Positions 37,126-46,123 of a stretch of 64,000 bases of DNA are shown piece after piece. The notes under the pieces were generated by a model. The model was not told the origin of the DNA, searched no databases, and saw only the letters and a list, made by a program, of their open reading frames with translations. Each line of letters starts with the position of its first letter. The first letter of the stretch is position 1. The DNA lies in sequence record MZ234015.1. The stretch is one strand, 5' to 3'. The stretch is from Escherichia phage vB_EcoP-101114BS3. A program made the position numbers and the translations under genes.

Positions 37126-37346
37126 TTGCGAAGCCCTAACTTACGAAGGAATCGGCCTAGCTTAGTTTCCTGCGTGATAGTGTAAGTAACAGAGTTTTCA
37201 ATCAATGCTTGTTCTTGAATCGGCGACGGATACCACTCGCCAGTAAGAATGCATTTGCATTCGATTCCGTATTTATCGGTTTTACGATATGTCATGTTGT
37301 TGAGAATGTTACGATACATCTTAACTTCTGTTTTCAGTTTTGGCAT
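37122..37346 (-). CDS. hypothetical protein
   Basis: 74-aa ORF. Confidence 0.45.
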   Translation of the reverse strand: MPKLKTEVKMYRNILNNMTYRKTDKYGIECKCILTGEWYPSPIQEQALIENSVTYTITQETKLGRFLRKLGLRK

Positions 37347-37454
37347 GGTGTTTATCTCTTTTTAGTTTCTTTGATTAGTACACTGAATCAATGCACTAGT
37401 AAAAGAAAAGGCGCTACCCTTTCGAATAGCGCCTTATGTGTTCTTTATTGTTGG

Positions 37455-38357
37455 TTATGCTGCCTGTTGGCGTGCTGCCATGATTTCGGCAGCTTTGCGC
37501 AACACTTCTTCTTCTTCCTGCGCAGCTTTCTCGTTCGCTTTGATAGTTGAAGCATTTGAGATGCGACCACGAAGGTTAGACAATTTTTCAGTCATTTCGT
37601 TGATCGCTTTTTCCATTTCATCAGCGTATGAGTCCAGAGATTCAAGCTCTTTAGTCGAGGCATTAATCAGGTAGTCGTCGCTGATAGATACAGTTGATGC
37701 GGTCACTTTCTTAAGGAGTGAATCGAAAGTTTTCTTAACTTTGCCTACTTCTTCACTCAATGCGATAGTATTGTCAGAAGATGCGCCGTTGCGTTCATCT
37801 GCCAGTAGTGCCGCTTCAATACGGATTGCAGCCAGACGGTCAACCAGTGCATAAATATCCTGATTAAAGTTTTCGTTAACCTTCTGGTTGATTTGATTTG
37901 CTACCGGAACATTGTCGTTGCAACCTTTGTAGAATGCTGGGTTATCAACCTGCACGTCTTCACCTTTAGCAAAGCGTTCAAAGGAATTAGACCAGCGGGC
38001 GCGGTTTTGTTCCATTTTGGCCTTAACTTGTTCCGGTTTAGCATCCTCTTTCGCTTTCGCTTCACCTTCCAGATTAATCCATTTCTTTTTACCGTTCGCC
38101 CCGTCAGTGTTATATTTGATAGGAGTAAGGAAAGAGATTGCAACCGAAATTACATCTAAATCACGATAACGCTCAGTTAACAAGAAATCAACCGCCGCCT
38201 GCAATACATCCAGTTTCTTACCGTTGGTGCGGAAGTGCTGCAAATGGCCTAACAGGAAGTTAGAAACATCTTGTTTGATTGCCGCGTTGTTGCTACGAAT
38301 GTTGTTAGCCAGTGCATTAAAGCCGGATTCGTTAACCAGATTAAAAACTTTAGCCAT
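37455..38357 (-). CDS. hypothetical protein (300 aa), probably highly expressed
   Basis: Start moved to MAKVF (RBS AAAGGTG); codon usage rich in CGT/CTG; first gene after 1.3-kb ORF-free region. Confidence 0.6.
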   Translation of the reverse strand: MAKVFNLVNESGFNALANNIRSNNAAIKQDVSNFLLGHLQHFRTNGKKLDVLQAAVDFLLTERYRDLDVISVAISFLTPIKYNTDGANGKKKWINLEGEAKAKEDAKPEQVKAKMEQNRARWSNSFERFAKGEDVQVDNPAFYKGCNDNVPVANQINQKVNENFNQDIYALVDRLAAIRIEAALLADERNGASSDNTIALSEEVGKVKKTFDSLLKKVTASTVSISDDYLINASTKELESLDSYADEMEKAINEMTEKLSNLRGRISNASTIKANEKAAQEEEEVLRKAAEIMAARQQAA

Positions 38358-38366
38358 GATATTCAC

Positions 38367-39692
38367 CTTTCAATTGTAAGGGCACTATGCCCCGCTCTCT
38401 ATGAGCTTTTTAAGTCACTATTGACTTATCAATAATCACTCAATATCAAGTAATTATTGATAAGCGAGGCGGTCTTATCAGGAGTTAACCTTGCCGCCTC
38501 CTTATCCGTGATGTTTCATCTGGTATCTTTAATTAGTCGCTATAAATAAAGCCGACCTGATAGCGATGATCAATCATCACAATAAGGCAGTGCGTCCGAC
38601 TCTATTTAATTACTTTATCGTAACCGTCGGCAATATCGTCTACTTTGCTTTCGCTCCCGCCTATCCTTTTGTACTAACTCTCAATCGCTAACCATCGCCC
38701 ACTACGGGAGGTTATTGCGAAAGAGTCATTAGCCGTCTAATACATTGACGTTTTATATCTTTCAGCAGGTTTACTACATAAACTGATTATGTACGCCATC
38801 AATAGTGGCCTCAAATCATTCACATCGTAAACGTTCACACTAAACCTTATTGTTAAATAGCAATTTGCCACTTTTTAACCATTCACCGCCGCCCCCAATT
38901 GGGCGTTAATTCGTCGGATTTGCCTACCCTGATAAACTTCTTTCACTGTAGCACCTTGTTAGCGATGGCCGCCGCTACCCTTTAACCGTGGGCGATTAGT
39001 TTAGGCCGTTGCGTGTACTCAATGAATCCGTTTTATCAGTGGTGACGTTTCCAGTTAAGGGATTGTAAAAACTGTTTACCCTGATAATTTAGGGAGTCTT
39101 ACGCCGTTTTATCTGGTATGTTTTCCGATGGTTATTATCATCCAACATATTCAACCGATATAGGAGAATGTTTAAATTGTTAAAGAGCGGTAAATCTATC
39201 AGTGTGCTTTCTCACACTATGCAACTGTTAGCCGTTGTTACGCTTTTCTTAAGCGGTGAATTGCTTAAGTGTGCTCATTATGAATCATGCTGTTTTAGCT
39301 GTCAACCGCTTTTTTAATCTTTTTCGTCGTTCCCTTTATTGGGAGGATATATCAATCAGCTATATTTGATTGAAGATTAAGCGGTAAGGCTTAACTCACG
39401 ATTCATATTTTTAAAGAGCGGTGTTTCTTACTGCTTGGTGAACATTCTATCAGAGTATTTCACCTTGTCAACTCTTTTTATCATCTTCTTTTATTCTATT
39501 CCCTTATCTCGCTTGAATCTATGCGAAAGGGCAAGATGATAAATTGTTAAAGAGCGGGGCACTAAGTGCCGGATGTTTCAAGTCATCGCTGACCGTGTGA
39601 ACATCTTATCATAATGATTCGATGTGTCAACAACTATTTTTCGATTAATGCATCTTGATAAACTAGCGACCGTTAAGGCCGCTAACCTTACC
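38367..39692. other. 1.3-kb ORF-free, hairpin-rich region with repeated 17-mer
   Basis: No ORF of 60 aa or more in any frame; exact 17-mer AAATTGTTAAAGAGCGG at 39174..39190 and 39541..39557 plus partial copies; several perfect inverted repeats. Confidence 0.5.
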
Positions 39693-39893
39693 TTAGTTCA
39701 TACGTTTAAAGGTTAAATCTTTATCTGTACTTACCAGCGATAACACCGCAATAGCTTTGCCTTTATCGGCATCGGCTACCATCTCTTTTGCCTGCTGTAA
39801 TGTACTACCGACTATTCTCATAATCATGTTAGTAACGTTAATGCTAGTGCAAGTGATTTGCGTGTCTTTGCTTGAGAAGGTGTAGATGTTCAT
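39693..39893 (-). CDS. hypothetical protein
   Basis: Start moved to MNIYTF (RBS GAGGA). Confidence 0.45.
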   Translation of the reverse strand: MNIYTFSSKDTQITCTSINVTNMIMRIVGSTLQQAKEMVADADKGKAIAVLSLVSTDKDLTFKRMN

Positions 39894-40206
39894 TGATAAA
39901 TCCTCGTTATGGCATGGTTGAGAGTTTATCAAGATACACTAATCGAATTATTAAAGAGCAAGGCTAAACATCTAGCCTATCAGGAGGTAACTTACTGCAT
40001 CACGTCCTGATAAGATTCAATATACACTATCCTAAAACCGTTGCAAGTCTTTTTCTAAAATAATTTCACTTTCTTTTAGGCATAAAGGAACGAACACACG
40101 AATAACATCAAGGGAGGAAGAAAACAAGCTCTATAATCGAAATCTAGGCACATAGGAAGCATCCTAGCGAGCTAAACAGGGGCAAGATGTGCAATCACCT
40201 TAGAAA

Positions 40207-40232
40207 TGAAAAAAGCGCCTCAAAAGGGCGCT
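40207..40232 (-). terminator. rho-independent terminator (minus strand)
   Basis: AGCGCC-7 nt-GGCGCT hairpin with A6 run on plus side, i.e. U6 after hairpin on minus. Confidence 0.55.
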
Positions 40233-40252
40233 TAGAGAGTCTTACGGATTGG

Positions 40253-40579
40253 TTACGGATTGGTGCAAGTGCCGTTACCGGATGATATTTCGTTCATCGA
40301 CTCATCGAACAACGTCATGCTAGACCGCATCATGTGATCTATAGTGATTTGCTTTCCGGTAATTTCGTTAACAAGCATTGCAGACTTACTATCAACTATC
40401 TTGCTGTCGTAGTCGTTCAGGTCAATCAATACTACCTTGCTGGACTTCTTGCCAGTGTCGTAGTTTTCCATAAGATAGGTGCATTGCAGACCATCTAAAC
40501 TAGCCTCGTTGAATACGGCAGCATAGGACACGGAAGAAATAGCGAACAAAGCAGAACATACAGCTAATTTAATTTTCAT
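40253..40579 (-). CDS. secreted protein (signal peptide)
   Basis: MKIKLAVCSALFAISSVSYA signal-like N-terminus. Confidence 0.5.
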   Translation of the reverse strand: MKIKLAVCSALFAISSVSYAAVFNEASLDGLQCTYLMENYDTGKKSSKVVLIDLNDYDSKIVDSKSAMLVNEITGKQITIDHMMRSSMTLFDESMNEISSGNGTCTNP

Positions 40580-40671
40580 GATCCAACCCTTAAGCGGAAC
40601 GTGCAACAAAGAAAAACAAGTCATAGATAAATGCTATGATACAGAGAACTAACAGACAATGCAAAAAATAC

Positions 40672-40944
40672 TTATGTAACATTACTCACCACTTTATCTA
40701 GATGATCATCGAACGTTTCACAAATGGATTGCACTTCGTCAATATCTAGTAACAGACCGTGACGGGCAAAGAATTGAGCTAACTCAAGATAATCCGCACC
40801 AATAAGCATGACACCATTGAAAGGGGCGATCTTAACATCTTGAGATGTTACCAATAATAAATTACCAATATCAGCAATAGCGTCATAATTCAGCGTAACG
40901 CCTACACCGTAATTGTGTGTTTCAATAATGGCAATAGTTTCCAT
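40672..40944 (-). CDS. hypothetical protein
   Basis: 90-aa ORF. Confidence 0.45.
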   Translation of the reverse strand: METIAIIETHNYGVGVTLNYDAIADIGNLLLVTSQDVKIAPFNGVMLIGADYLELAQFFARHGLLLDIDEVQSICETFDDHLDKVVSNVT

Positions 40945-40946
40945 CG

Positions 40947-41195
40947 TTAATTATCCTCGACGGTTAGTAGTTCTTCCAGTGACAAACCGGATTTAACCAG
41001 CAAATCACGATATTCGTTAGCATCCATCGGATCGAGGCCGGATAATCGGGCAACGGTCATGCGTGCATGTGCTGAAGACAAGGAAGCTAAAGCACGGATA
41101 GGGATCAATACAAGCCCATATTTACCGCTGATAACTAAATCACCGTGCTGGATGCACATATGAGCATTTACTACGATTGCAAATGATTCATTCAC
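40947..41195 (-). CDS. hypothetical protein
   Basis: 82-aa ORF. Confidence 0.45.
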   Translation of the reverse strand: MNESFAIVVNAHMCIQHGDLVISGKYGLVLIPIRALASLSSAHARMTVARLSGLDPMDANEYRDLLVKSGLSLEELLTVEDN

Positions 41196-41692
41196 TGGAT
41201 AGCCTCACAATTAGCAAAGTTAATAAAGGTTGTATAAACTGCTACACCGTCATGATATGCAGTCGTAGCGAGTATGGTTTCACTTACATCACCATAGCTA
41301 ACGAGATTAGTTACAAACTGTAATTTCTCTTTCTCAACCTTCTGATACAGAGAATACGTCACCATATCGTGATCACTATCAGCACGTTTCAATTTAATGA
41401 CTGACTGAGTGCCGGATTTCTCGCCCAATGGGGTAAGAGTGACACGCACATTAGCGGTAGTGACTTCATTGAAGTGAACACGCCAGAATGCATCATTGCC
41501 ATCACTTCCAACGTCACGGCAAGCCATATCAGGAGCGTTCTTAAATGTGCTAACAAAAGATTGCAGACCAGTAGGAGCGGATAACCTCTTATCATCTTTA
41601 GCCTGCACATTGGTAGCGATAGCACTAACACCGATAGCTGCAACCAGTGCATAAGACGCTAGATTGATAGCCTGCATTGCTTTGATAGCCAT
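41192..41692 (-). CDS. secreted protein (signal peptide)
   Basis: MAIKAMQAINLASYALVAAIGVSAIATNVQA signal-like N-terminus. Confidence 0.5.
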   Translation of the reverse strand: MAIKAMQAINLASYALVAAIGVSAIATNVQAKDDKRLSAPTGLQSFVSTFKNAPDMACRDVGSDGNDAFWRVHFNEVTTANVRVTLTPLGEKSGTQSVIKLKRADSDHDMVTYSLYQKVEKEKLQFVTNLVSYGDVSETILATTAYHDGVAVYTTFINFANCEAIQ

Positions 41693-41970
41693 TATTACTA
41701 CTCCTGATAGATGAAAGATTGTTTGTCGTGTGTAGTTACTTAGGCTGATCAACCTTCACTACTCACTATCACCGCTAACTACTTTACATCACTGCTTCAT
41801 TAACGATAATTCAAACTACGATTGCAACTATATATTAAAGGAAAAACATGTCAACCACTTATTTTCAAACTCTTTCATAACTCACTGAATATAAAAGGAA
41901 TTTAATTTACTAAACTTTCTTACTCAGAGATACAGCTTACCAAATAGATGTTATTTTATAACACTTACAG

Positions 41971-42070
41971 AACGGGTAGCAGACCAACGGGATAGATAGA
42001 TGGGTAAGACGTGCCGCATAGGTTAGCCAATGGGTAAGAAGCCTAACGAGGAAGGGGAAACGGGTAGGAT
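41971..42070. repeat. iteron-like direct repeat array 1
   Basis: GGGTA at 41974, 42002, 42032, 42062 (spacing 28-30 bp). Confidence 0.5.
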
Positions 42071-42430
42071 ATAATGTAAGTTAGTTACAGGTAACAGGTC
42101 AGACCATGCGGTAATAAATTACCAGTCAAATTCCTACTCATCAAAAGAAAAAAGAAACGCTGAAAAAAGAAAAGAATAAAAGAAAGAATAAAAATAATAA
42201 CTAAAGTAAACAACTACCAGTCTAATGATACATACATCAATAATCCACTCATGAAACATTAACATAGGTTATTACTATTAAACTTGGGGTAGTGTGAGGA
42301 TTGTTATAATTGCATGGTGTTACCATTACTAACCTCACTATGATAGCCCTTACTATTAGCCCTCTTATTATCACCCCTTAACAGTACATCAGAGTCTAGC
42401 CTTTCATCCTTCCTTAACATGAGTAGAAGA

Positions 42431-42540
42431 AATACGGGTGGGATATTACTGGTTAGATATACATGGGTAAATAATGCATGTGTAATATCAATGGGTAGGG
42501 TATTTATGGGTAGGGATACCACTGGTAGCAGGTAGGGCAA
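42431..42540. repeat. iteron-like direct repeat array 2
   Basis: GGGT(A/G) at 42436, 42465, 42493, 42508. Confidence 0.5.
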
Positions 42541-42706
42541 GGCTTAGAGCTTAAAGGCTGATTGATTTCCTAAAGGCAATTGCATTGGTAATAACCCTTT
42601 TTTAAATGAGGACTCCCCCTTTTTAGGAAACGCGCTCGGAGAGGCTAGGTCCATCCGGTCAAATTGAAATTTTAAACTGTTATATATAAGCATAAGGAAT
42701 AACTTA

Positions 42707-42871
42707 ATGTGGAAATTGAAGATGATTATTCGTCAGATCAAATGTCAACATGAATACTACCCGATACGAATATCAAGAGGTGATGAACGATTACACGCTT
42801 ATTACAAGAGTACATGGAGATGTGCAGACTGTGGTAAGGTGAGGAATAGTAAATGGGTGGATAGGCCTTAA
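42707..42871 (+). CDS. small zinc-ribbon-like protein (54 aa), first plus-strand gene
   Basis: Below ORF-track cutoff; RBS AGGAA 8 nt upstream; C.H ... C..CG pattern like the 32278..32855 family. Confidence 0.35.
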   Translation: MWKLKMIIRQIKCQHEYYPIRISRGDERLHAYYKSTWRCADCGKVRNSKWVDRP

Positions 42872-42992
42872 CATGACATGGCCTTTATGGGTATGCCTTA
42901 ATGTGGGGTAGCCTTTATGAAGTCCCCTTTACTTCAGCGTACATGGGTTTATACATGGGTGGGCCTTTAGATGAGTACGCCTTTATGGGTTG
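42851..42992. repeat. iteron-like direct repeat array 3
   Basis: GCCTTTATGGGT at 42881 and 42979, related copies at 42911 and 42962, ACATGGGT at 42941 and 42953. Confidence 0.5.
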
Positions 42993-43021
42993 ATCACTCT
43001 CGTTTATCAGAGGAGAACAAA

Positions 43022-43271
43022 TATGTTTCTAGACTTTTTATCAGAGGTACTTCCCTACTTCCGCACTGAGAAATGTGCATTTGTATTTGATGAAGGGGAG
43101 GAGTCAATGACTTGTTTGGGTAGATTAGTAGACCTAGACGATGATGAAGATTTTGATGCTACGATGGACATTAGTTCATTGGGCTGGTTGTACATGAGAT
43201 GCTTTGTAAGTTACAAGGCTGAAACGTTTAAAGATTATCGCTATAGCGCTGAAGGAGAGAATGATGAATAA
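43022..43271 (+). CDS. hypothetical acidic protein
   Basis: Start moved to MFLDF (RBS GAGGAG). Confidence 0.45.
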
Positions 43272-43917
43272 TATGACAGGAACTAATACACTGAATGCAA
43301 TCTATGAGAACATGGGATGTAAAGGCGAGGTTGCTTACAATGGCTCACTCCGTCCTTTATCAGAGGACACTTTCTATCTGAATCGTGTTCATGAAACTAC
43401 TGGAGGTAAATCCCGAGTTGAGATGGTAAAACAACTGGCTCATGGTTCTGTGTACGGTTATGCTCCTTCAACCCGTGAAATATGGGAAGGTTTGATTCCT
43501 CGTACAGAAGCTAAAGATGTGAAAGACTATTTCACTGTAGCAAAAGAAGTTAAACGTAAGTGTCCATCCAATTTAGAAGTTGTTCCGTATGTAGCTGACA
43601 AACATGCACACCTACCGGACTATGCCCGTGAGATGATTGAGATGATTGAAGAAGCCGAGTATGAAGCTCTGAATAATTATTTAAATTCAAAAGATCAATG
43701 GTCACGTAATGTAGTAATTGATGAAGAAGGTAATGAAGTTGTAACGTGGGTGCATGTTAGTGAACAAGCTCTGGACCCCGAGCTTGAAGAATACAAAAAA
43801 TTTTTGGCGTCCTCTTCTTTTGAGGTAGAGAATGACAAATCTATTCCAGTTGGCTGGGAAGGTGAAACTGTAGCTCTCCAGACTTTGTTCAACCTACACG
43901 TAGGTGATGTAGATTAA
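43261..43917 (+). CDS. hypothetical protein
   Basis: 218-aa ORF, RBS AAGGAG. Confidence 0.55.
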   Translation: MMNNMTGTNTLNAIYENMGCKGEVAYNGSLRPLSEDTFYLNRVHETTGGKSRVEMVKQLAHGSVYGYAPSTREIWEGLIPRTEAKDVKDYFTVAKEVKRKCPSNLEVVPYVADKHAHLPDYAREMIEMIEEAEYEALNNYLNSKDQWSRNVVIDEEGNEVVTWVHVSEQALDPELEEYKKFLASSSFEVENDKSIPVGWEGETVALQTLFNLHVGDVD

Positions 43918-43928
43918 TAAAAGGCGTT

Positions 43929-43955
43929 GCCTCCTCTCGTGGGAGGCTTTTTGTT
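43929..43955 (+). terminator. rho-independent terminator
   Basis: GCCTCC-6 nt-GGAGGC hairpin followed by TTTTTGTT. Confidence 0.6.
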
Positions 43956-43982
43956 ATAATGATAATGTAGAAGGAGTATAAG

Positions 43983-44450
43983 ATGTTTGGAGAAAAAGGA
44001 GAACTCACGCCTGCACAGGTAGCTGAGATTACAGGAAGACTGCCCGGAGTAACGGAAGAACTTGAATCCAAGGGCATGGAACCAAGCACAGGGAAGTTCA
44101 CTAAAGGTAATAAATTTGGACGTCCCAAAGGTAGTAGAGGTAAATTGACACAGCTCATGCTCGATCGTGTTGCTGCTAGTCATCTGTCTCCCGATGAAGT
44201 GTTGATTCAGATTTATGAAGATCCAAATATTCCACCCGATCTTAGATTCAAGGCTGCAAGTAAAGTCGCTGATCTGGTATATCCTAAGGCAGCTTCTGTT
44301 GAGGTTAAGATTGAGGAAGAGAATGTAATCAATGAAGAATCACTGAACGCACAGATTCGAGACTTCTTGACTGGTGCACTGAAAGTGGATGTGCTACCTC
44401 CAGAGGACTCTGAGGACGCTGAAAAGGAGGAGGAAGCGGACGAGAGTTAA
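43983..44450 (+). CDS. putative terminase small subunit
   Basis: Position immediately upstream of terminase large subunit; basic N-terminal region, acidic C-terminus; no motif proof. Confidence 0.4.
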   Translation: MFGEKGELTPAQVAEITGRLPGVTEELESKGMEPSTGKFTKGNKFGRPKGSRGKLTQLMLDRVAASHLSPDEVLIQIYEDPNIPPDLRFKAASKVADLVYPKAASVEVKIEEENVINEESLNAQIRDFLTGALKVDVLPPEDSEDAEKEEEADES

Positions 44451-44516
44451 TAGGAATAGAGGGGAGGGTTCTTTTCGCGAGGGATCTCTCCCTTTTTTAT
44501 TTTATTGGAGGAATAT

Positions 44517-46058
44517 ATGTCGTTAGATAAAGAAATCTATGAAGCTCTAACTGGAGACAAGTTGAGTATAGAGGAAAAGAAAGCTTTGCTCAATATGTTA
44601 AAAGAAAGGGACCAGTGGAGAAAATATAACAAGATGTTGGCTTTTAAAGCTTACGACTTTCAGAAGAAATTCTATGCAGCAGGGTTGAAGCATCGCTTTC
44701 GATTCCTGTGCGCAGCTAACCGTGTTGGTAAATCTTACAGCGAGGCATACGAGTTTGCTTGTCATGTCACAGGTCGCTATCCAACTTGGTGGACAGGTTA
44801 CAGATTTAATCGACCTATATTGGCTTGGGCAGTAGGGATTACAGGGGACTCTACAAGAAAGGTATTGCAAAAGGAGTTGTTTGGAACACCTATCGGAAAG
44901 GATATGAATCTAATAGGAACAGGTGTTATTCCTCGTGATGCTATCGTATTGGACACGATAGAACGAGATGGGAACAAATTACAGATTGTACAAATTAAGC
45001 ATCAAAACGCGAGAGGCGAGTTTGACGGTTTAAGTACATTAGAGTTCCGTTCTACCCAACAGGGTGAACATACATTGATGGGTGCTACAGTTGATTATAT
45101 TTGGCTGGACGAAGAAGATCCATATGAATCTATGGCAATCTTCTCTCAGTGCGTAACACGTACACTTACAACTAAAGGTTTAGTTACTATTACAGCTACA
45201 CCAGAGAACGGTTTAACAGAGCTGGTGGATAAGTTTATGAAAGGTGAAGGAGATGAGAACACAGGTTCTCTGTATTTCCAGAATGCTTCTTGGTGGGATG
45301 CTCATGTAGATTTAGGTGGACATATCACTGACCAAGATATTAAAGACATGACTGAAGGTATTCCAACATGGCAGTTAGAGATGCGTTCAAAAGGTATGCC
45401 GTTGCTTGGTTCTGGTTTGATTTATGATGTATCAGATGACATGATTAAGTGTGATCCCTTTGAGATACCTGATACGTGGAAACGTGTTTGTGCTATTGAT
45501 ATTGGTATCGATCACCCGACAGCCGCTGTTTGGACAGCATATGATGCTAACACTGATACGATTTATGTTTATGACTGCTATAAAGAAGGTGGGTTTACTC
45601 CGGTGTACCATGCACCAGCTATTAATGGTCGTGGTCAGTGGATTCCAGTTATTCTTCCTCACGATGCCGATAATATTGAGAAGGGAAGTGGTTCGTCTGT
45701 TGCTCAATTCTATAAGAATGCAGGGGTTAATGTACAGAGTGAGACCTTCTACAACAAGATTGGAATGGATGGTAAGAAGAACTTCTTTGTAGAGCCGGGA
45801 ATTACTGATATTCGTGAACGTATGATGTCAGGTCGTTTTAAAATCTTTAACATTGCTTCGTGTGCTAAACTCTTTGAAGAGAAAGCTCGCTATCACCGTA
45901 AGGTTGGCAAGATTGTTAAGGAACATGATGACTTGATGGATGCTATGCGATATTCAGCTTGTTCTGTAACACATCGTGGACGTAGTAAGCATGATGCTAG
46001 TTATGGTAGTTCATCGCTTTATCAAGACAATATTAACAGATGGAATCAGACCTACTAA
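44517..46058 (+). CDS. terL: terminase large subunit
   Basis: Walker A ANRVGKS, Walker B IWLDEED, C-terminal nuclease-like Asp residues; start moved to ATG after GGAGG (ORF track began at TTG). Confidence 0.85.
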   Translation: MSLDKEIYEALTGDKLSIEEKKALLNMLKERDQWRKYNKMLAFKAYDFQKKFYAAGLKHRFRFLCAANRVGKSYSEAYEFACHVTGRYPTWWTGYRFNRPILAWAVGITGDSTRKVLQKELFGTPIGKDMNLIGTGVIPRDAIVLDTIERDGNKLQIVQIKHQNARGEFDGLSTLEFRSTQQGEHTLMGATVDYIWLDEEDPYESMAIFSQCVTRTLTTKGLVTITATPENGLTELVDKFMKGEGDENTGSLYFQNASWWDAHVDLGGHITDQDIKDMTEGIPTWQLEMRSKGMPLLGSGLIYDVSDDMIKCDPFEIPDTWKRVCAIDIGIDHPTAAVWTAYDANTDTIYVYDCYKEGGFTPVYHAPAINGRGQWIPVILPHDADNIEKGSGSSVAQFYKNAGVNVQSETFYNKIGMDGKKNFFVEPGITDIRERMMSGRFKIFNIASCAKLFEEKARYHRKVGKIVKEHDDLMDAMRYSACSVTHRGRSKHDASYGSSSLYQDNINRWNQTY

Positions 46059-46123
46059 AAATAGGGGAGGCTTTGTCCTCCCTTTAGTAGTTCCTTCCAA
46101 GCTATCACCGAGGGAGAGATTAG

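Noticed and set aside
38458-38500. Small protein-coding genes in the 1.3-kb ORF-free region
   Set aside because: Candidate mini-ORFs (e.g. ATG at 39168 with RBS spacing of 1 nt) have poor initiation context, and repeat copies are not conserved in frame; non-coding function judged more likely but unproven.
38543-38550. T4-type late promoter TATAAATA
   Set aside because: A single 8-mer in AT-containing sequence with no indication this phage uses a T4-like late transcription system.
42304-42540. Minus-strand ORF (78 aa) inside repeat array 2
   Set aside because: Lies wholly within the iteron-like repeats, has no RBS, and its Gly/Tyr-rich translation reflects the repeats.
41971-42992. CRISPR array
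   Set aside because: Repeats are 6-12 nt, irregularly spaced across three clusters and not separated by uniform spacers; no cas genes present.
44505-44516. TTG start for terminase large subunit at 44505
   Set aside because: TTG lies inside the likely RBS (GGAGG); the ATG at 44517 is correctly spaced.
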